In this document: positions 38,873 to 49,445 of the stretch, one piece after another | Position numbering within the stretch: the first letter of the stretch is position 1 | How the letters are laid out: the number at the start of each line of letters is the position of its first letter | Assembly (NCBI GenBank): GCA_019057815.1 | Contig: JAHLWR010000002.1 | Coordinates: 1-64,000, forward strand | DNA from: Candidatus Heimdallarchaeota archaeon | GTDB lineage: Archaea; Asgardarchaeota; Heimdallarchaeia; Heimdallarchaeales; Heimdallarchaeaceae | Reading direction: 5' to 3' | Length of the DNA stretch: 64,000 nucleotides | Translations under genes and position numbers: made by a program | The notes under the pieces: generated by a model | What the model saw: only the letters and a program-made list of their open reading frames with translations | The model's database searches: none | What the model was told of the DNA's origin: nothing

Positions 38873-39466
38873 TTATTGTTCTACAGAGCAAGTTGGGCAA
38901 GCATATATCCCATCGATGTAGATTAGTTCATCTGAGTATACACGACAATCATCACAATAACCAGCATATTTGTTGGTATTTTCTTTGTTGTTTTCATCTT
39001 CACTTTTTTCTCTAATCAGTTTAATGTATTCTTGTTCTAAGAAAATTAATTGAGGGACTACCTTGAAAATATCTGTATCAGTGCAAATTCCTTCGACTCT
39101 CCCATTGGAATCAGTTATCACTAAATGCCTTATTCTTTCCTTAAACATCTTTTCCATTGCTTCAGTCAATGTTACATTTTGGTTAATAACAATAACAGGA
39201 GAAGACATAATTTCAGATGCTTTCACTGTTTCAGCATCAGTTTTTTGAGCAATCACATGTTGTATGAGATTCTCTTTAGTGATTATCCCAATTGTTATAT
39301 CCTCTTTATTAACAACAACTACTGAACCTATGCGATTTTTAATCATTAGCTTTGCACATACTTCAGCAGACGTCTGAGGAGTGATTGAAATTACCTGCTT
39401 TGTCATTATCTCACTTACTTTCATGTCAAATTCTGTTTTATCGAATATAGATTTCACATTAGTCAC
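38873..39466 (-). CDS. CBS-domain protein with C-terminal Zn ribbon
   Basis: Two CBS repeats; 'GYCDDC...CPTC'. Confidence 0.9.
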   Translation of the reverse strand: MTNVKSIFDKTEFDMKVSEIMTKQVISITPQTSAEVCAKLMIKNRIGSVVVVNKEDITIGIITKENLIQHVIAQKTDAETVKASEIMSSPVIVINQNVTLTEAMEKMFKERIRHLVITDSNGRVEGICTDTDIFKVVPQLIFLEQEYIKLIREKSEDENNKENTNKYAGYCDDCRVYSDELIYIDGIYACPTCSVEQ

Positions 39467-39596
39467 CGAAGTTATTACTCAATTAACATAAACATTATCA
39501 CTTTAAAGGTTTTACTTTTTCCTTATACGTATTAAATGCACATTATAATACACATTATAAAACTCTTAAATTTGGAGATAAAGCATGTTTAACAAA

Positions 39597-41612
39597 CTAG
39601 TCAACTATATCAGCATCTCCGGGAATAAATCGGATTAATTCATTAATATCAAGAGCTTCAAGTTTATATCGATCTTCTTCTGGACAATTTTGTAGAAATG
39701 TTTGACGTATTTGCTTAGCTAAGTTCCCTTTTTGTGTATCTCCTGGTTTAACTTGAACACAATAAACTGATTTATCGATAACACTTTGCAAAGGTCCTCC
39801 AATTATTTGAGCATATTGTTCATATAAAACAAAACCTACAGCATGAGCGATTTCTACGTTCTTAAAATAGTTTTTTTCACCGTATATCATAACACTACCC
39901 TTAGCTAAATACTGTCCTGATGGAGGTGTTAAACTAACTTGATTAGGAAGAACATAATACACATCACCAGCTAATTTCTTAACTTTCCAGAGGCTAGAAT
40001 AATTTAAAGCAAAAATAGCCACATCTTTCAACTGTTGCTCAGTTAGCTTGTTTTGACCATCTTTCACTATAACATAAGGTGCACCATGTACATCTGCATG
40101 AAAGAACAAATCTTCATCATCTAAATAGGTTTTAAGCAACCGTTCATTGGCTTTAAGATCTGTTCCTCCTACAACTGTGAATTTACCACACAAAAACCAA
40201 TGAAACTTTTCGTACCATCTTTTTTGTCTTTTAATAATTGGTTGTTTAGATTGCTCTTCTTTTTCAACAACATCTTCTATATCTTTACTCTCTTCAATTT
40301 GCTTTTTCGTTCTGTTAATAGCTTGCTCCGCACCTGGTATTTTTCGTCTAGCTTTCTTTGACTTCTCATAGAAAAGATTGGCATTTTCTACCAAAGAAAG
40401 AGTAAAATCCAACTCGATTTCTTCTTTGTTTTCTGCTGATTCATCTTCAAATGACAACCATATTTTCTTAGATTTTGGTTCAATTTTCTCATATACCGTT
40501 GCAGCGGTTATACCTTTTTCTTTCCCCATAACTAGTTTTTGTATAATATTTTCCCACTCAACACCACTTTTTCTTGCACCTATTATTGTAGAGAGCAAAT
40601 CGTCGACCGATGCAAAATTTGCATAGAGAAGATCACCTTTCCTCTTCTCTTTCTCTTCCTGAGATATGAGAGCAAGCAAATGTTTTTCTTGTTTTGACAA
40701 AATCTTCTGGAGTTTCGAGATTTTCCCGGAAACTTCTGCTTTATCTTCTTCAAGCTCTGGTTCTTCTTCTTGTAAAGAGAAGTAGTCATCAATAATTTCA
40801 TTGAAAGAATTAACTTCCTTAATCTCTAAATTATCATAACGAGAAAGAGGTAATGGAGATATATCAACAACGTCTCCATCATCAAGATACTCTAAATACT
40901 TGTAATCTTGATTTTGTATTATTTTCTGGAATGACATTATTTCTTCAAAGAGTAGTTTCTTCTCGTTTTCATCAAGATCAGAAGCGTTCTTAGCTTTAAT
41001 ACCCGCTTTTTTTACTACATCTTTGGAGTACGTTGGTCCAAGATCCATCATCATATTTAGAAAGGAAATTAGTTTTCCAGAATAAGCAGACACTTCTCTT
41101 TCTAAATCTTCAGAAGTAATATTCAATATGTTTTTGTCTGAAGAAGGAGGAAAGTTAAACGCTCTTCCTGGATGAATATCGCGATCTTTCATTCTTCTAT
41201 AATTGTAAGCCATATGAATCTTGTTTTCTGGACTTACTAAGATTATATTTCCATCATCAAATAATTCTATTACAAGTTTGTAGAAACCGTTTTTGTAGGC
41301 TATTTCAAAAACAATTATTCTATCTATTTTATGCTGGTAAAAATCCTTAACTGGAAGGTCTCTGATATGTTTGCGAAGCATTTGAATCTTGTTATTAGGA
41401 GATGAAGGCTTTTTTCTCTGATATTTTGTCACGTGAAATCTTTTTCCAAGTTCAATAACTAGCTCAAAAGGATTTTCTGATGCCTTACGAAATCGTAATA
41501 TCACACGATTTGTTCCTATCGAATAAATATTATTAACCCAACTGCCAATTATTTTTGGACGTAACTCATGGACTAAAGCAGATATGTCAATGCTTGACAA
41601 AAAAGTCTTCAT
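39597..41612 (-). CDS. rqcH: Ribosome quality-control factor Rqc2/RqcH (NFACT/NEMF family)
   Basis: 'LRKHI', 'DRII', 'ELF..GNIIL', 'ENAN.FYEK.KK', 'WYEKFHWF', 'HADVHGAP'; start ATG 41612. Confidence 0.93.
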   Translation of the reverse strand: MKTFLSSIDISALVHELRPKIIGSWVNNIYSIGTNRVILRFRKASENPFELVIELGKRFHVTKYQRKKPSSPNNKIQMLRKHIRDLPVKDFYQHKIDRIIVFEIAYKNGFYKLVIELFDDGNIILVSPENKIHMAYNYRRMKDRDIHPGRAFNFPPSSDKNILNITSEDLEREVSAYSGKLISFLNMMMDLGPTYSKDVVKKAGIKAKNASDLDENEKKLLFEEIMSFQKIIQNQDYKYLEYLDDGDVVDISPLPLSRYDNLEIKEVNSFNEIIDDYFSLQEEEPELEEDKAEVSGKISKLQKILSKQEKHLLALISQEEKEKRKGDLLYANFASVDDLLSTIIGARKSGVEWENIIQKLVMGKEKGITAATVYEKIEPKSKKIWLSFEDESAENKEEIELDFTLSLVENANLFYEKSKKARRKIPGAEQAINRTKKQIEESKDIEDVVEKEEQSKQPIIKRQKRWYEKFHWFLCGKFTVVGGTDLKANERLLKTYLDDEDLFFHADVHGAPYVIVKDGQNKLTEQQLKDVAIFALNYSSLWKVKKLAGDVYYVLPNQVSLTPPSGQYLAKGSVMIYGEKNYFKNVEIAHAVGFVLYEQYAQIIGGPLQSVIDKSVYCVQVKPGDTQKGNLAKQIRQTFLQNCPEEDRYKLEALDINELIRFIPGDADIVD

Positions 41613-41942
41613 TTTACCACCGAAATTTAGTTTTTTGTCGCTATATACTGCAAAACCAAACAGATTAAAAACAATTTGAAATTGAAGTGAGTCTGTGCTG
41701 TTAGATGATATACAGAAAAAACATTTCCTCAAAAGGGCCTTTTTAGATATACAAAGGTCAAAACGGATAGAAATCATTCAAATCGAAAAGCTTTTTATAC
41801 CCTATTTCTCCAGATGGAATAGATATTGTTAATTCAGTTATTAACAGTCTATGGGTGCACGAACGCAACTAAATGAAATATACAACACTAGAAATGAAAG
41901 TGTTAATGTGTGTCAACACGGTGATTTGGTTTGGACTTTAGC

Positions 41943-42359
41943 ATGAGAGGATTATTAGAACGAATTAAAAATGGTTTAAATCCCAAGAATATCTTGGCAA
42001 AAACCAATAAATCGTTTAAACGAACTATAACTGGTTTAAATCCTACGAACATCCGTGAAAAAATCAATAAAATGGCTAAAATGGACCAAGTATATTGGTC
42101 AAAAGTACTAATTGCTGGTGTAACAGGAATGATTTTTGGTTTTTCCAATTTTACAAAATGGCCAGCAACAACAACAATGCTAATAATTTTCTTAGCAATT
42201 TCAGGAGCTTGGGCTTTAATTTTAAGAAAAAAAGAACCAGGCATAAAAATAAGATCTTATTTCACTTCTGCGATTTTTCAATATTTTATCTCATTTGTTG
42301 CCATATGGACATTAATTTGGACTCTAATGTCTGTGCCTGAATCACATTGGCTTTACTAA
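41943..42359 (+). CDS. EMC6/RAB5IF(OPTI)-like small membrane protein
   Basis: 3 TM; 'DQVYWSKVLIAGVTGMIFG' and 'YFISFVAIWTLIWTL' match the family pattern. Confidence 0.65.
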   Translation: MRGLLERIKNGLNPKNILAKTNKSFKRTITGLNPTNIREKINKMAKMDQVYWSKVLIAGVTGMIFGFSNFTKWPATTTMLIIFLAISGAWALILRKKEPGIKIRSYFTSAIFQYFISFVAIWTLIWTLMSVPESHWLY

Positions 42360-42447
42360 AACTGTTCAAGTCCATCTTTTTCTTATTTCATCGTTTTTTT
42401 TTATCCCGACAAGAAAAAATATAAGGCTTGTACAAAATGATTCATAA

Positions 42448-42801
42448 ATGAGCACACAAAAGAGAAAATATAGTAGTAAATCTTCCAAAAATAAAAAAGT
42501 ACAACAAAATGAAATAGAAGTAGAAGAATCGCTAGTAAAGAAAAAGAAGATGAATGTAATATATACGATTGTTCTGGTAGTTATTTTTGGATCAGGGATA
42601 ATACTTTTAATTCTCTCAAATGTGGTTTTTAAAGACGGCGGAGATATAGCGTTTTTCATTTCATTGGGTATTATTGGGCTGGGAATAGTATTACTTACTC
42701 AGAGAAATGTTTACAAACAAACAAAACCAAGTTCTAAAAGTAAAAGCTCAGGAAAAGAAAAGGAAAAGGATGAAGGATTACAACTTCGTGCTAGACGATG
42801 A
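42448..42801 (+). CDS. Hypothetical membrane protein (2 TM)
   Basis: Two hydrophobic helices with basic tails. Confidence 0.7.
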   Translation: MSTQKRKYSSKSSKNKKVQQNEIEVEESLVKKKKMNVIYTIVLVVIFGSGIILLILSNVVFKDGGDIAFFISLGIIGLGIVLLTQRNVYKQTKPSSKSKSSGKEKEKDEGLQLRARR

Positions 42802-42887
42802 TTCCAACATATCTACTTTTCATTCGATCATAAGGTGTAATACTATAGAGTTACCAATAGTCAAATAGTGCCGACAGAAATCGTTTT

Positions 42888-43259
42888 ATGAGAAGAATGA
42901 TAGACGAAGATTTTAAGAGTCAAGTGGGGAAATTTCTTAAGAGGTATGGTAAAGTTAAAACTTTGGAGAATTTAAACAGTAGCGATAGTAGTCGAGTTCT
43001 TCCTTTTATTGTTGAAAACAAGGAACAAAAATTTGCAGTATTTGCTTTTCATTGGAAAAAGAGTATTGGCACTAACACAGTCATCAAAATAGAGCATCAA
43101 ATCAGTGATATGAACTGCGATGGAGCAATTGTGATTGGTTCAATATTTTCTCAGAATTCTTATGATATGGTTCAAAATTTGAGCGAAAGAGATCAAATAA
43201 GGATAATTCTAATTAAGAAAGATGAAATGAACGAGATTTTGCGTACTGCAAGCAGATAA
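42888..43259 (+). CDS. Mrr-like restriction-endonuclease-fold protein, probably inactive
   Basis: 'HWKKSIG...V', 'DGAIVIGS.FS' Mrr-like scaffold; catalytic D and QxK absent. Confidence 0.55.
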   Translation: MRRMIDEDFKSQVGKFLKRYGKVKTLENLNSSDSSRVLPFIVENKEQKFAVFAFHWKKSIGTNTVIKIEHQISDMNCDGAIVIGSIFSQNSYDMVQNLSERDQIRIILIKKDEMNEILRTASR

Positions 43260-43392
43260 AAACAATTGCAGGTTAATCTCCTCACGTTCTACTCAAGATA
43301 AATTATTGAAAACAGTTCTTTTTTTAAGAAAATTTCGAAGTTTCATTGATACAGAAAATTTAAAAAATAGGTTGTTAAATGTTAATCTGATT

Positions 43393-44040
43393 ATGCTTTC
43401 CCAACTTCGAGAACCAGTATCAAAGATTTTACATCCGATTGTTATCTTTTTTGCGAAATTGGGTATCCACCCAACAGCTTTTACAATCACTGGGATGTTA
43501 TTAACTCTTAGTGCGGGTATTTTCTTAGCCCTTAACAACTATCTAGTTGCATTGATACTATTCTTTATCGGAGTTCCGATGGACTATTTAGATGGTGGAG
43601 TTGCACGATATAGAAATATGGCTACAAAACAAGGTTCTTTTCTAGATAGTATTATAGATAGAATAAGTGATCTTGCCCTCTTTGGAGGTGTTGTAATCAG
43701 CGGAAAAGTCGATATTGTAACAGGTATTGTCATGGTTACTTCGACGCTATTAATTAGCTATATACGAGCAAAAGGGGAAAGTATTGGAGTCACAAAAATG
43801 GGAATGGGCATAATGGAAAGAGCTGAAAGATTACTCTTCTTGTTCGTATTAATCTTGTTATCCCTATTTATTCCCAGCTTTAACACTACAGTATTGTTCC
43901 CACTCAACCTTTTTGATGTTACACCTTTTGCATTAGGATACATGATCTTAACTACTTTATGTGTAATAACAGTAATTCAACGATTCGTATATGCTACCAT
44001 ACAATTAACAAAATCTGAAAAAAAAGTTTTAGAAACATGA
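43393..44040 (+). CDS. CDP-alcohol phosphatidyltransferase (archaetidylinositol-phosphate synthase-like)
   Basis: 'DYLDGGVAR...G..LDS..DR..D', 'SYIRAKGE', 'ERAER'. Confidence 0.9.
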   Translation: MLSQLREPVSKILHPIVIFFAKLGIHPTAFTITGMLLTLSAGIFLALNNYLVALILFFIGVPMDYLDGGVARYRNMATKQGSFLDSIIDRISDLALFGGVVISGKVDIVTGIVMVTSTLLISYIRAKGESIGVTKMGMGIMERAERLLFLFVLILLSLFIPSFNTTVLFPLNLFDVTPFALGYMILTTLCVITVIQRFVYATIQLTKSEKKVLET

Positions 44041-44148
44041 GTAGATATTAAGTAATAATAGCAATTTTTTTCTAGAATAAATATCTTCTAGCAGAAGAGC
44101 AAACATTTTATATCAAATATTAAAGTTAACCTGGAATACAGTGGTTTT

Positions 44149-44475
44149 ATGCCTAGCAATAAAAAAACTTCGAATCGTGGAAAAAAAACAATCAACGATT
44201 ACCCTGATGAAAAACACTCAGAAACAATAAAAGATTATTCTCAAACAAAAGAAATTGTTAAGGTATTATCTACTGAAATCGGTAATGTTGTTGACCAATT
44301 GTTAGGAGTAATATACAATGTTGAAACAGCTGACCGTTTTGCTGATTCGATAATAACTATCTATAAAAGGTTAGTTGGGGAAGGTATCACTCAAACAACA
44401 GCTGAAAAGATATTATGTGAATACTCAGCTAACATTGATAAATTCGCTTCAATGTTGAAAAAAAAGGATAAGTAA
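44149..44475 (+). CDS. Hypothetical protein
   Basis: 108-aa helical ORF. Confidence 0.65.
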   Translation: MPSNKKTSNRGKKTINDYPDEKHSETIKDYSQTKEIVKVLSTEIGNVVDQLLGVIYNVETADRFADSIITIYKRLVGEGITQTTAEKILCEYSANIDKFASMLKKKDK

Positions 44476-44892
44476 AAAAATCTGCGCTAATATTAAACCT
44501 CTGGAGGATAAAATGCGATGTCAAGTGGTTTTTCATCTTTATACTATGGAATTCTTATAAAACTGAAAACACTTTGGTATATGAAGAAAAAGAGAAAGAT
44601 GCAAAAATCGACAAAAAACTTCCTTAAAGGAAAATTGCAAGATGCAGAAATTAAATATTTTGACGATAAAATCATTGAAAATTATCTCAATATTTTCAAC
44701 TTACTATTAGATAAGAATATCTACGAGAAAATTCTCACAATTAAACAAAAAAAAGGTTAAAATCACAGGTAACAGGGATTTAGTTACATTTTTAAAAAAC
44801 AAAATATTTGAAAAGGTAGAATCACAGACTCTAATTGACCTTAACGTAATCTTTATTTTACAAGTCTTCTATATCCATATAGGAGCATTTTC

Positions 44893-45582
44893 ATGTCAAA
44901 CTACAAGAAATTTAAAGGAGAAACTATAAACAATTACATTCAAGAATATATTCCTTTAATCAATGTCGATAGCCCTACATTTGTAAAATTACCTGCAGAT
45001 AAGAAAGACAATAGGTTAAAAGATATTGAACGCGAGATAATCCAATACTGGGAACTACTTAATCCCATAATTAGAGAATATATCAAAATGATAGTTGACT
45101 ATCTAAATAATTTCGGTGAAGGAACCGAAAATCTTGATAGTTTACGTAGATCTTTAGATTTAGAATTACAAAATTCTTCAGAATTGTCAAATGAAAATAG
45201 AAAACTTAAAGCTCAAGTTTCTGATATGATGATAGATAAAAAAGGGTTAACAGAAAAATTAGATGATTTAATAAAAGAAAAACCCACGATTTCAAAAGAA
45301 GAATTTGAATCTCTGAAACTATTGACATCTTCAAAATTTGATATTTCAACTGGGGATTTTGAAACACTTCTTTCAAAAGCAGTTCAAGATGTGAGGGAAA
45401 GTGATGCAATGAAGAAAGCGCGTGAAGAGAAAGAGAAAATGCAAAAAGAACTTGAATCTGAAAAAGCACGCTTTGAAAAAATTCAACAAGAAGTTGGAGA
45501 AACTTTCCAAAAGAAGCTGATGGAGTATCAAGCTAGGCAAGATGAATTGGAAGAAGAACTCAAACAATATACCAAGAAATAA
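44893..45582 (+). CDS. Coiled-coil hypothetical protein
   Basis: AGGAG upstream; heptad-rich; 18 bp before Rab-like gene. Confidence 0.8.
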   Translation: MSNYKKFKGETINNYIQEYIPLINVDSPTFVKLPADKKDNRLKDIEREIIQYWELLNPIIREYIKMIVDYLNNFGEGTENLDSLRRSLDLELQNSSELSNENRKLKAQVSDMMIDKKGLTEKLDDLIKEKPTISKEEFESLKLLTSSKFDISTGDFETLLSKAVQDVRESDAMKKAREEKEKMQKELESEKARFEKIQQEVGETFQKKLMEYQARQDELEEELKQYTKK

Positions 45583-45600
45583 ACAAGAAAGGTGATCTAG

Positions 45601-46329
45601 GTGGCAAAATGGAACTTCAAAATTGTCCTTGCGGGTGATGGGGCTGTAGGAAAAACAAGTATAAGGGAACGATATATGGGTAAAGGCTTTACTGGTGACT
45701 ACCTTAAAACAATTGGGGCTGACTTCGCCTCGAAGAAGGTTAAAGTCGATAACCATGATATTAATTTTCAAATTTGGGACCTTGCAGGTCAAGATAGTTA
45801 TTCTGCTGTAAGAAGCACTTTTTATAGGGGTGCAATTGCATCTTTAATGGTTTTTGACTGTCAAGACCCTAAAACACTGACAAATCTCAAAAGTTGGATG
45901 GATGAAGCTATAGAAGGATCAAAAAATGGAATCCTTACTTTCTTTATTATAGCAAATAAAATCGATCTTGAAGAGAAACGTCGTGTCTCAAGGGAGATGG
46001 CTATAGAATTTTGTCATCGTGTAGAAAAAGACACTGGTATACGCATTTATTACTGTGAAACCTCAGCTTTGACAGGTCAAAACATTGCTGAAACTTTCGA
46101 CTTTCTTGGACATAAACTACTAAGTGCAAATAATGTTAAAATTAAAGAAAAACTTGCTATAACAGATGGAATAATTGATATTCATCAAGAAGTTGCAGAA
46201 GGAGCTACTATAACAGAGGGTGTAAGTAAAGAAGAGTTTGATGTTTTGAAAAACCGAATGGATAATATTGAAAAGAAAGTTAAAACTATACAGACAATAA
46301 TAAAGAAATTGGTTGAAAAAATACAATAG
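45601..46329 (+). CDS. Rab-like small GTPase with C-terminal coiled coil
   Basis: GDGAVGKT, TIGADF, WDLAGQ, NKID, ETSA; AGGTGA before GTG. Confidence 0.92.
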   Translation: MAKWNFKIVLAGDGAVGKTSIRERYMGKGFTGDYLKTIGADFASKKVKVDNHDINFQIWDLAGQDSYSAVRSTFYRGAIASLMVFDCQDPKTLTNLKSWMDEAIEGSKNGILTFFIIANKIDLEEKRRVSREMAIEFCHRVEKDTGIRIYYCETSALTGQNIAETFDFLGHKLLSANNVKIKEKLAITDGIIDIHQEVAEGATITEGVSKEEFDVLKNRMDNIEKKVKTIQTIIKKLVEKIQ

Positions 46330-46438
46330 TAAAAATCACTTAATTTCCCTTTTCTTCACTTCTTTTTCTAATGATTTGTGAGAAAATATTCTGATGTAGA
46401 AGTGTTTGTTTCACAATAAAAAAATAAAAAAACAATCA

Positions 46439-47728
46439 TTATTTAATTTTTCTCCCACAATCTGTACAAAATTCCACTCCCAATACTAATTTAGCGGAAC
46501 AATGAGGGCACATATTATATGTAAAGTTAGTTATTTGATGTACTTCGGAGATATTAACTTGACTCTCTAAGGTTTCTAAAATAACTTTATCATTTTTACC
46601 ATCTTTGCTACTTATCCAGTCTAAACTAGGTGACAGAGAATATTCTCTTAGCAATAATTCATACTCCATTGCGGTATTAGAGTCTTCAATAGCATTGAAC
46701 ATAAAAGCTGCTGAAAGCGACAACCATGATGCACATATAGCTACAACTCCCCATCCAGAGACACTACTAGTGTTTTGAAGGAAAAGGTTATTCATAAAAG
46801 ATATCAAAGGTTCTAAGCTTAATAAAGAAATAGTCACTGGAATAATGCATGAAAACACAGTAATCCCAAATATTCTCTTGAAACTAATTTTCTGAAACTG
46901 GAAAGAATTGAAAAATGTCTGAAAAATTCCAGATTTTCTTAATATAGTTAGTTTTTTTGCAATTCTAAATGGGGGAGAAGTTATTGTAATTATTGTTATA
47001 GTATAAGCAATCAAAATGTAGAATTGCGCACTAATCTCTAACTGTAAGAGGAAACTTGTTGAAATAGAAAACAATAATTGTATTAATGCAAGTATAATAC
47101 CAAAATGTAAAAGTTGGATTACAGAGTATATAATAAAACTCCTATGTTGTTTTCCAAAGGATATGTTCTTTTTCGTTATTAAAACAGAAAATATGTATTT
47201 TGATTTATAATAATTGAATACTATGAATAATAAAAACGAAACTGCAAACACGATATAGTGAGTACTTGAAGTATGGGGTGTTTTCAAATATAACAAGCAA
47301 CCTATTCCCATTAGAAACAAGAATGTTAAACTTGTGAATAGAGCGAAAAATAAGATTATTAGATTTTCAAACAAAGAAAAAGATTTGAATATTGATAAAT
47401 TTATTTTAAATGGAAAATTACCTTCAAGGTATTTAATCCTCCCTTTAAGTTTTAAAATTACATTATTACCATTAGTTGTCCATGCTAAAGGTTCATTATT
47501 TTCTGTCAATTTTATCATTCTTGATTGATTATTTTGCATCCCTTCAGATAAATTATCTGTATATGATCCCAATTGATTTAACGTGGATCTGTTTGACGAA
47601 GATCTTGAATCTATTGGTCTATCTGATGATTCTTGGACTCCACTTCCACAATAAGGACAAAATGCTACTTTAGAAGATAATATCGATTTACAGATAGGAC
47701 AACTTTTCTCCGAAATAAAATTCACCAA
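46439..47728 (-). CDS. Membrane protein with N- and C-terminal zinc ribbons
   Basis: 'CPIC...FCPYCG' and 'CPHC...FCTDCG' flanking ~6 TM. Confidence 0.8.
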   Translation of the reverse strand: MVNFISEKSCPICKSILSSKVAFCPYCGSGVQESSDRPIDSRSSSNRSTLNQLGSYTDNLSEGMQNNQSRMIKLTENNEPLAWTTNGNNVILKLKGRIKYLEGNFPFKINLSIFKSFSLFENLIILFFALFTSLTFLFLMGIGCLLYLKTPHTSSTHYIVFAVSFLLFIVFNYYKSKYIFSVLITKKNISFGKQHRSFIIYSVIQLLHFGIILALIQLLFSISTSFLLQLEISAQFYILIAYTITIITITSPPFRIAKKLTILRKSGIFQTFFNSFQFQKISFKRIFGITVFSCIIPVTISLLSLEPLISFMNNLFLQNTSSVSGWGVVAICASWLSLSAAFMFNAIEDSNTAMEYELLLREYSLSPSLDWISSKDGKNDKVILETLESQVNISEVHQITNFTYNMCPHCSAKLVLGVEFCTDCGRKIK

Positions 47729-47882
47729 TAAAATTTCTTTTCTGAATTTATATAATTCTGCAATACGTAGATGTTTTTATCAATTTGAAAGTTATTAGTA
47801 ATTGTATATTTTTGCTCTAAAACACTTAAGCGTTTTTCGACTGATTTATATAATTTGAAGCTTATTTGATATTTGAAAGCAT

Positions 47883-49343
47883 ATGCCTGACTCAACTGAT
47901 GATTCGCCAAATTTCATTGACTTCATTGAGATTGTTAGAAAATTAGAGAAAAAAGCATTCAATGTTGTTGATATCCCAATTAAAGCAATAAACGCAAAAG
48001 AAGATAACGAAAAAGAATCATTACAAGAGAAAGGGAAAGAAGATATAGTCGAATATGCAGAAGAAGAAGAAACAGAGGAAGTAGTCACTCAGCCAATCAA
48101 AATAGAGGAAAAGCTTATTGAAGTTGAAAAAGAAACAAAAAGCGAGGAAACAGCAAGATCAGAAGATGAAATCAATAAATTAGTGAAACAAATAGATGAA
48201 AGCTATCCAAGAATAGACATTAACATTTCAAATTTTTATTATGAAAACGAACTTCCAACAGATCAAGAAATGTCAGAGAAAATCAATTCTAAACTTACAT
48301 CTCTTGAATCGGTTCAAATACGAAAAAAGGAAACGAAATATTATCCTTTTGCACTTTGTAAGGTGTCCGGAAAAACAATATTCCATATACCTGTACCAGT
48401 AAATTTTGTTAATGTTCCGGTATATTATACTGAAAAAGATTCACTTCACAAATTGTTAGCTGCTACTTCTCAAGAATACCAAGGATTAGACAATCATGAA
48501 TATCAAAAATGGATTCAATCAATCACACAACTTCAACTGAAAATCAGTAAATTAATAGTTAAAGATGCACAAGATAAAATTTCTAAAAACCGACCATCTG
48601 AAATTGAAAATTTTCCTTTGGATTTCAATATCTTTTCTGAATTGTTGAGGAATTACAATGAAAAAATTAATAAAATTGAAAATTTTTCTTCAAATATTTA
48701 TAAATACTTAGAATCCTTTGTAAAAGAAGGGCAAAATAGCACGAGACTATGGAAGGGAGATGCAATCTTCGATCAAGTTAAGATGAAATTGCGAAAACAA
48801 TTAGAAACTATTCAACAAAATCAATTAGATTTAAGCCACCAAGTACAGGTGGATTTTCTAAAACTAAGAAAAATTCAGAAAAAGATAGAATCAAAGACAA
48901 AAAAATACAAAGAAGAGGAGAAAAAAGGTTCAGAAATAGAGCGAGAAGAAAAAGAAAAATTAATAAGGGAAATGAGAGACTTCCAAAGAAAAAAGCAACA
49001 ATTGCAGATAAAGATGAAAGAAACAAAAATCCGTGCAGAAGACTTGGAAGAATGGTTAAACATTCTATCTATCGATAATGTAAATGAAGCAGAACAACAA
49101 TTTATTTCCAGTTTTAAAGAAGAGTTTCTTCAATCTATAGAAAAGATTTTGGCTCAAGAAGATTATGATAAACTATTGGATAAAATCGAAACTGTTGAGT
49201 CAGATATCGAGCGCACTAGTATTCAACTAATATATGTACCTTTAACTTATTACACTTTTAATGCTAGACATTCAAATAAGAAAATAAGAGGTAGTACAAT
49301 ATACTCCTCATCAACAGAAGAAGTAATTTTATTGAATCCCTAA
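47883..49343 (+). CDS. Coiled-coil hypothetical protein
   Basis: 486-aa ORF with long K/E-rich coiled coil. Confidence 0.8.
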   Translation: MPDSTDDSPNFIDFIEIVRKLEKKAFNVVDIPIKAINAKEDNEKESLQEKGKEDIVEYAEEEETEEVVTQPIKIEEKLIEVEKETKSEETARSEDEINKLVKQIDESYPRIDINISNFYYENELPTDQEMSEKINSKLTSLESVQIRKKETKYYPFALCKVSGKTIFHIPVPVNFVNVPVYYTEKDSLHKLLAATSQEYQGLDNHEYQKWIQSITQLQLKISKLIVKDAQDKISKNRPSEIENFPLDFNIFSELLRNYNEKINKIENFSSNIYKYLESFVKEGQNSTRLWKGDAIFDQVKMKLRKQLETIQQNQLDLSHQVQVDFLKLRKIQKKIESKTKKYKEEEKKGSEIEREEKEKLIREMRDFQRKKQQLQIKMKETKIRAEDLEEWLNILSIDNVNEAEQQFISSFKEEFLQSIEKILAQEDYDKLLDKIETVESDIERTSIQLIYVPLTYYTFNARHSNKKIRGSTIYSSSTEEVILLNP

Positions 49344-49445
49344 AAATATTGGTAAACAATTATTAGAAAAAGAAGAAGTCTTACTTCACGAAAACCTACC
49401 AAATATAACTTTATTAGTGTTTATATTCAAATCGATTCAACGAGA

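Noticed and set aside
44518-44760. 80-aa ORF
   Set aside because: Low-complexity K/I/N-rich ORF in AT-rich DNA with no motif; cannot be supported.
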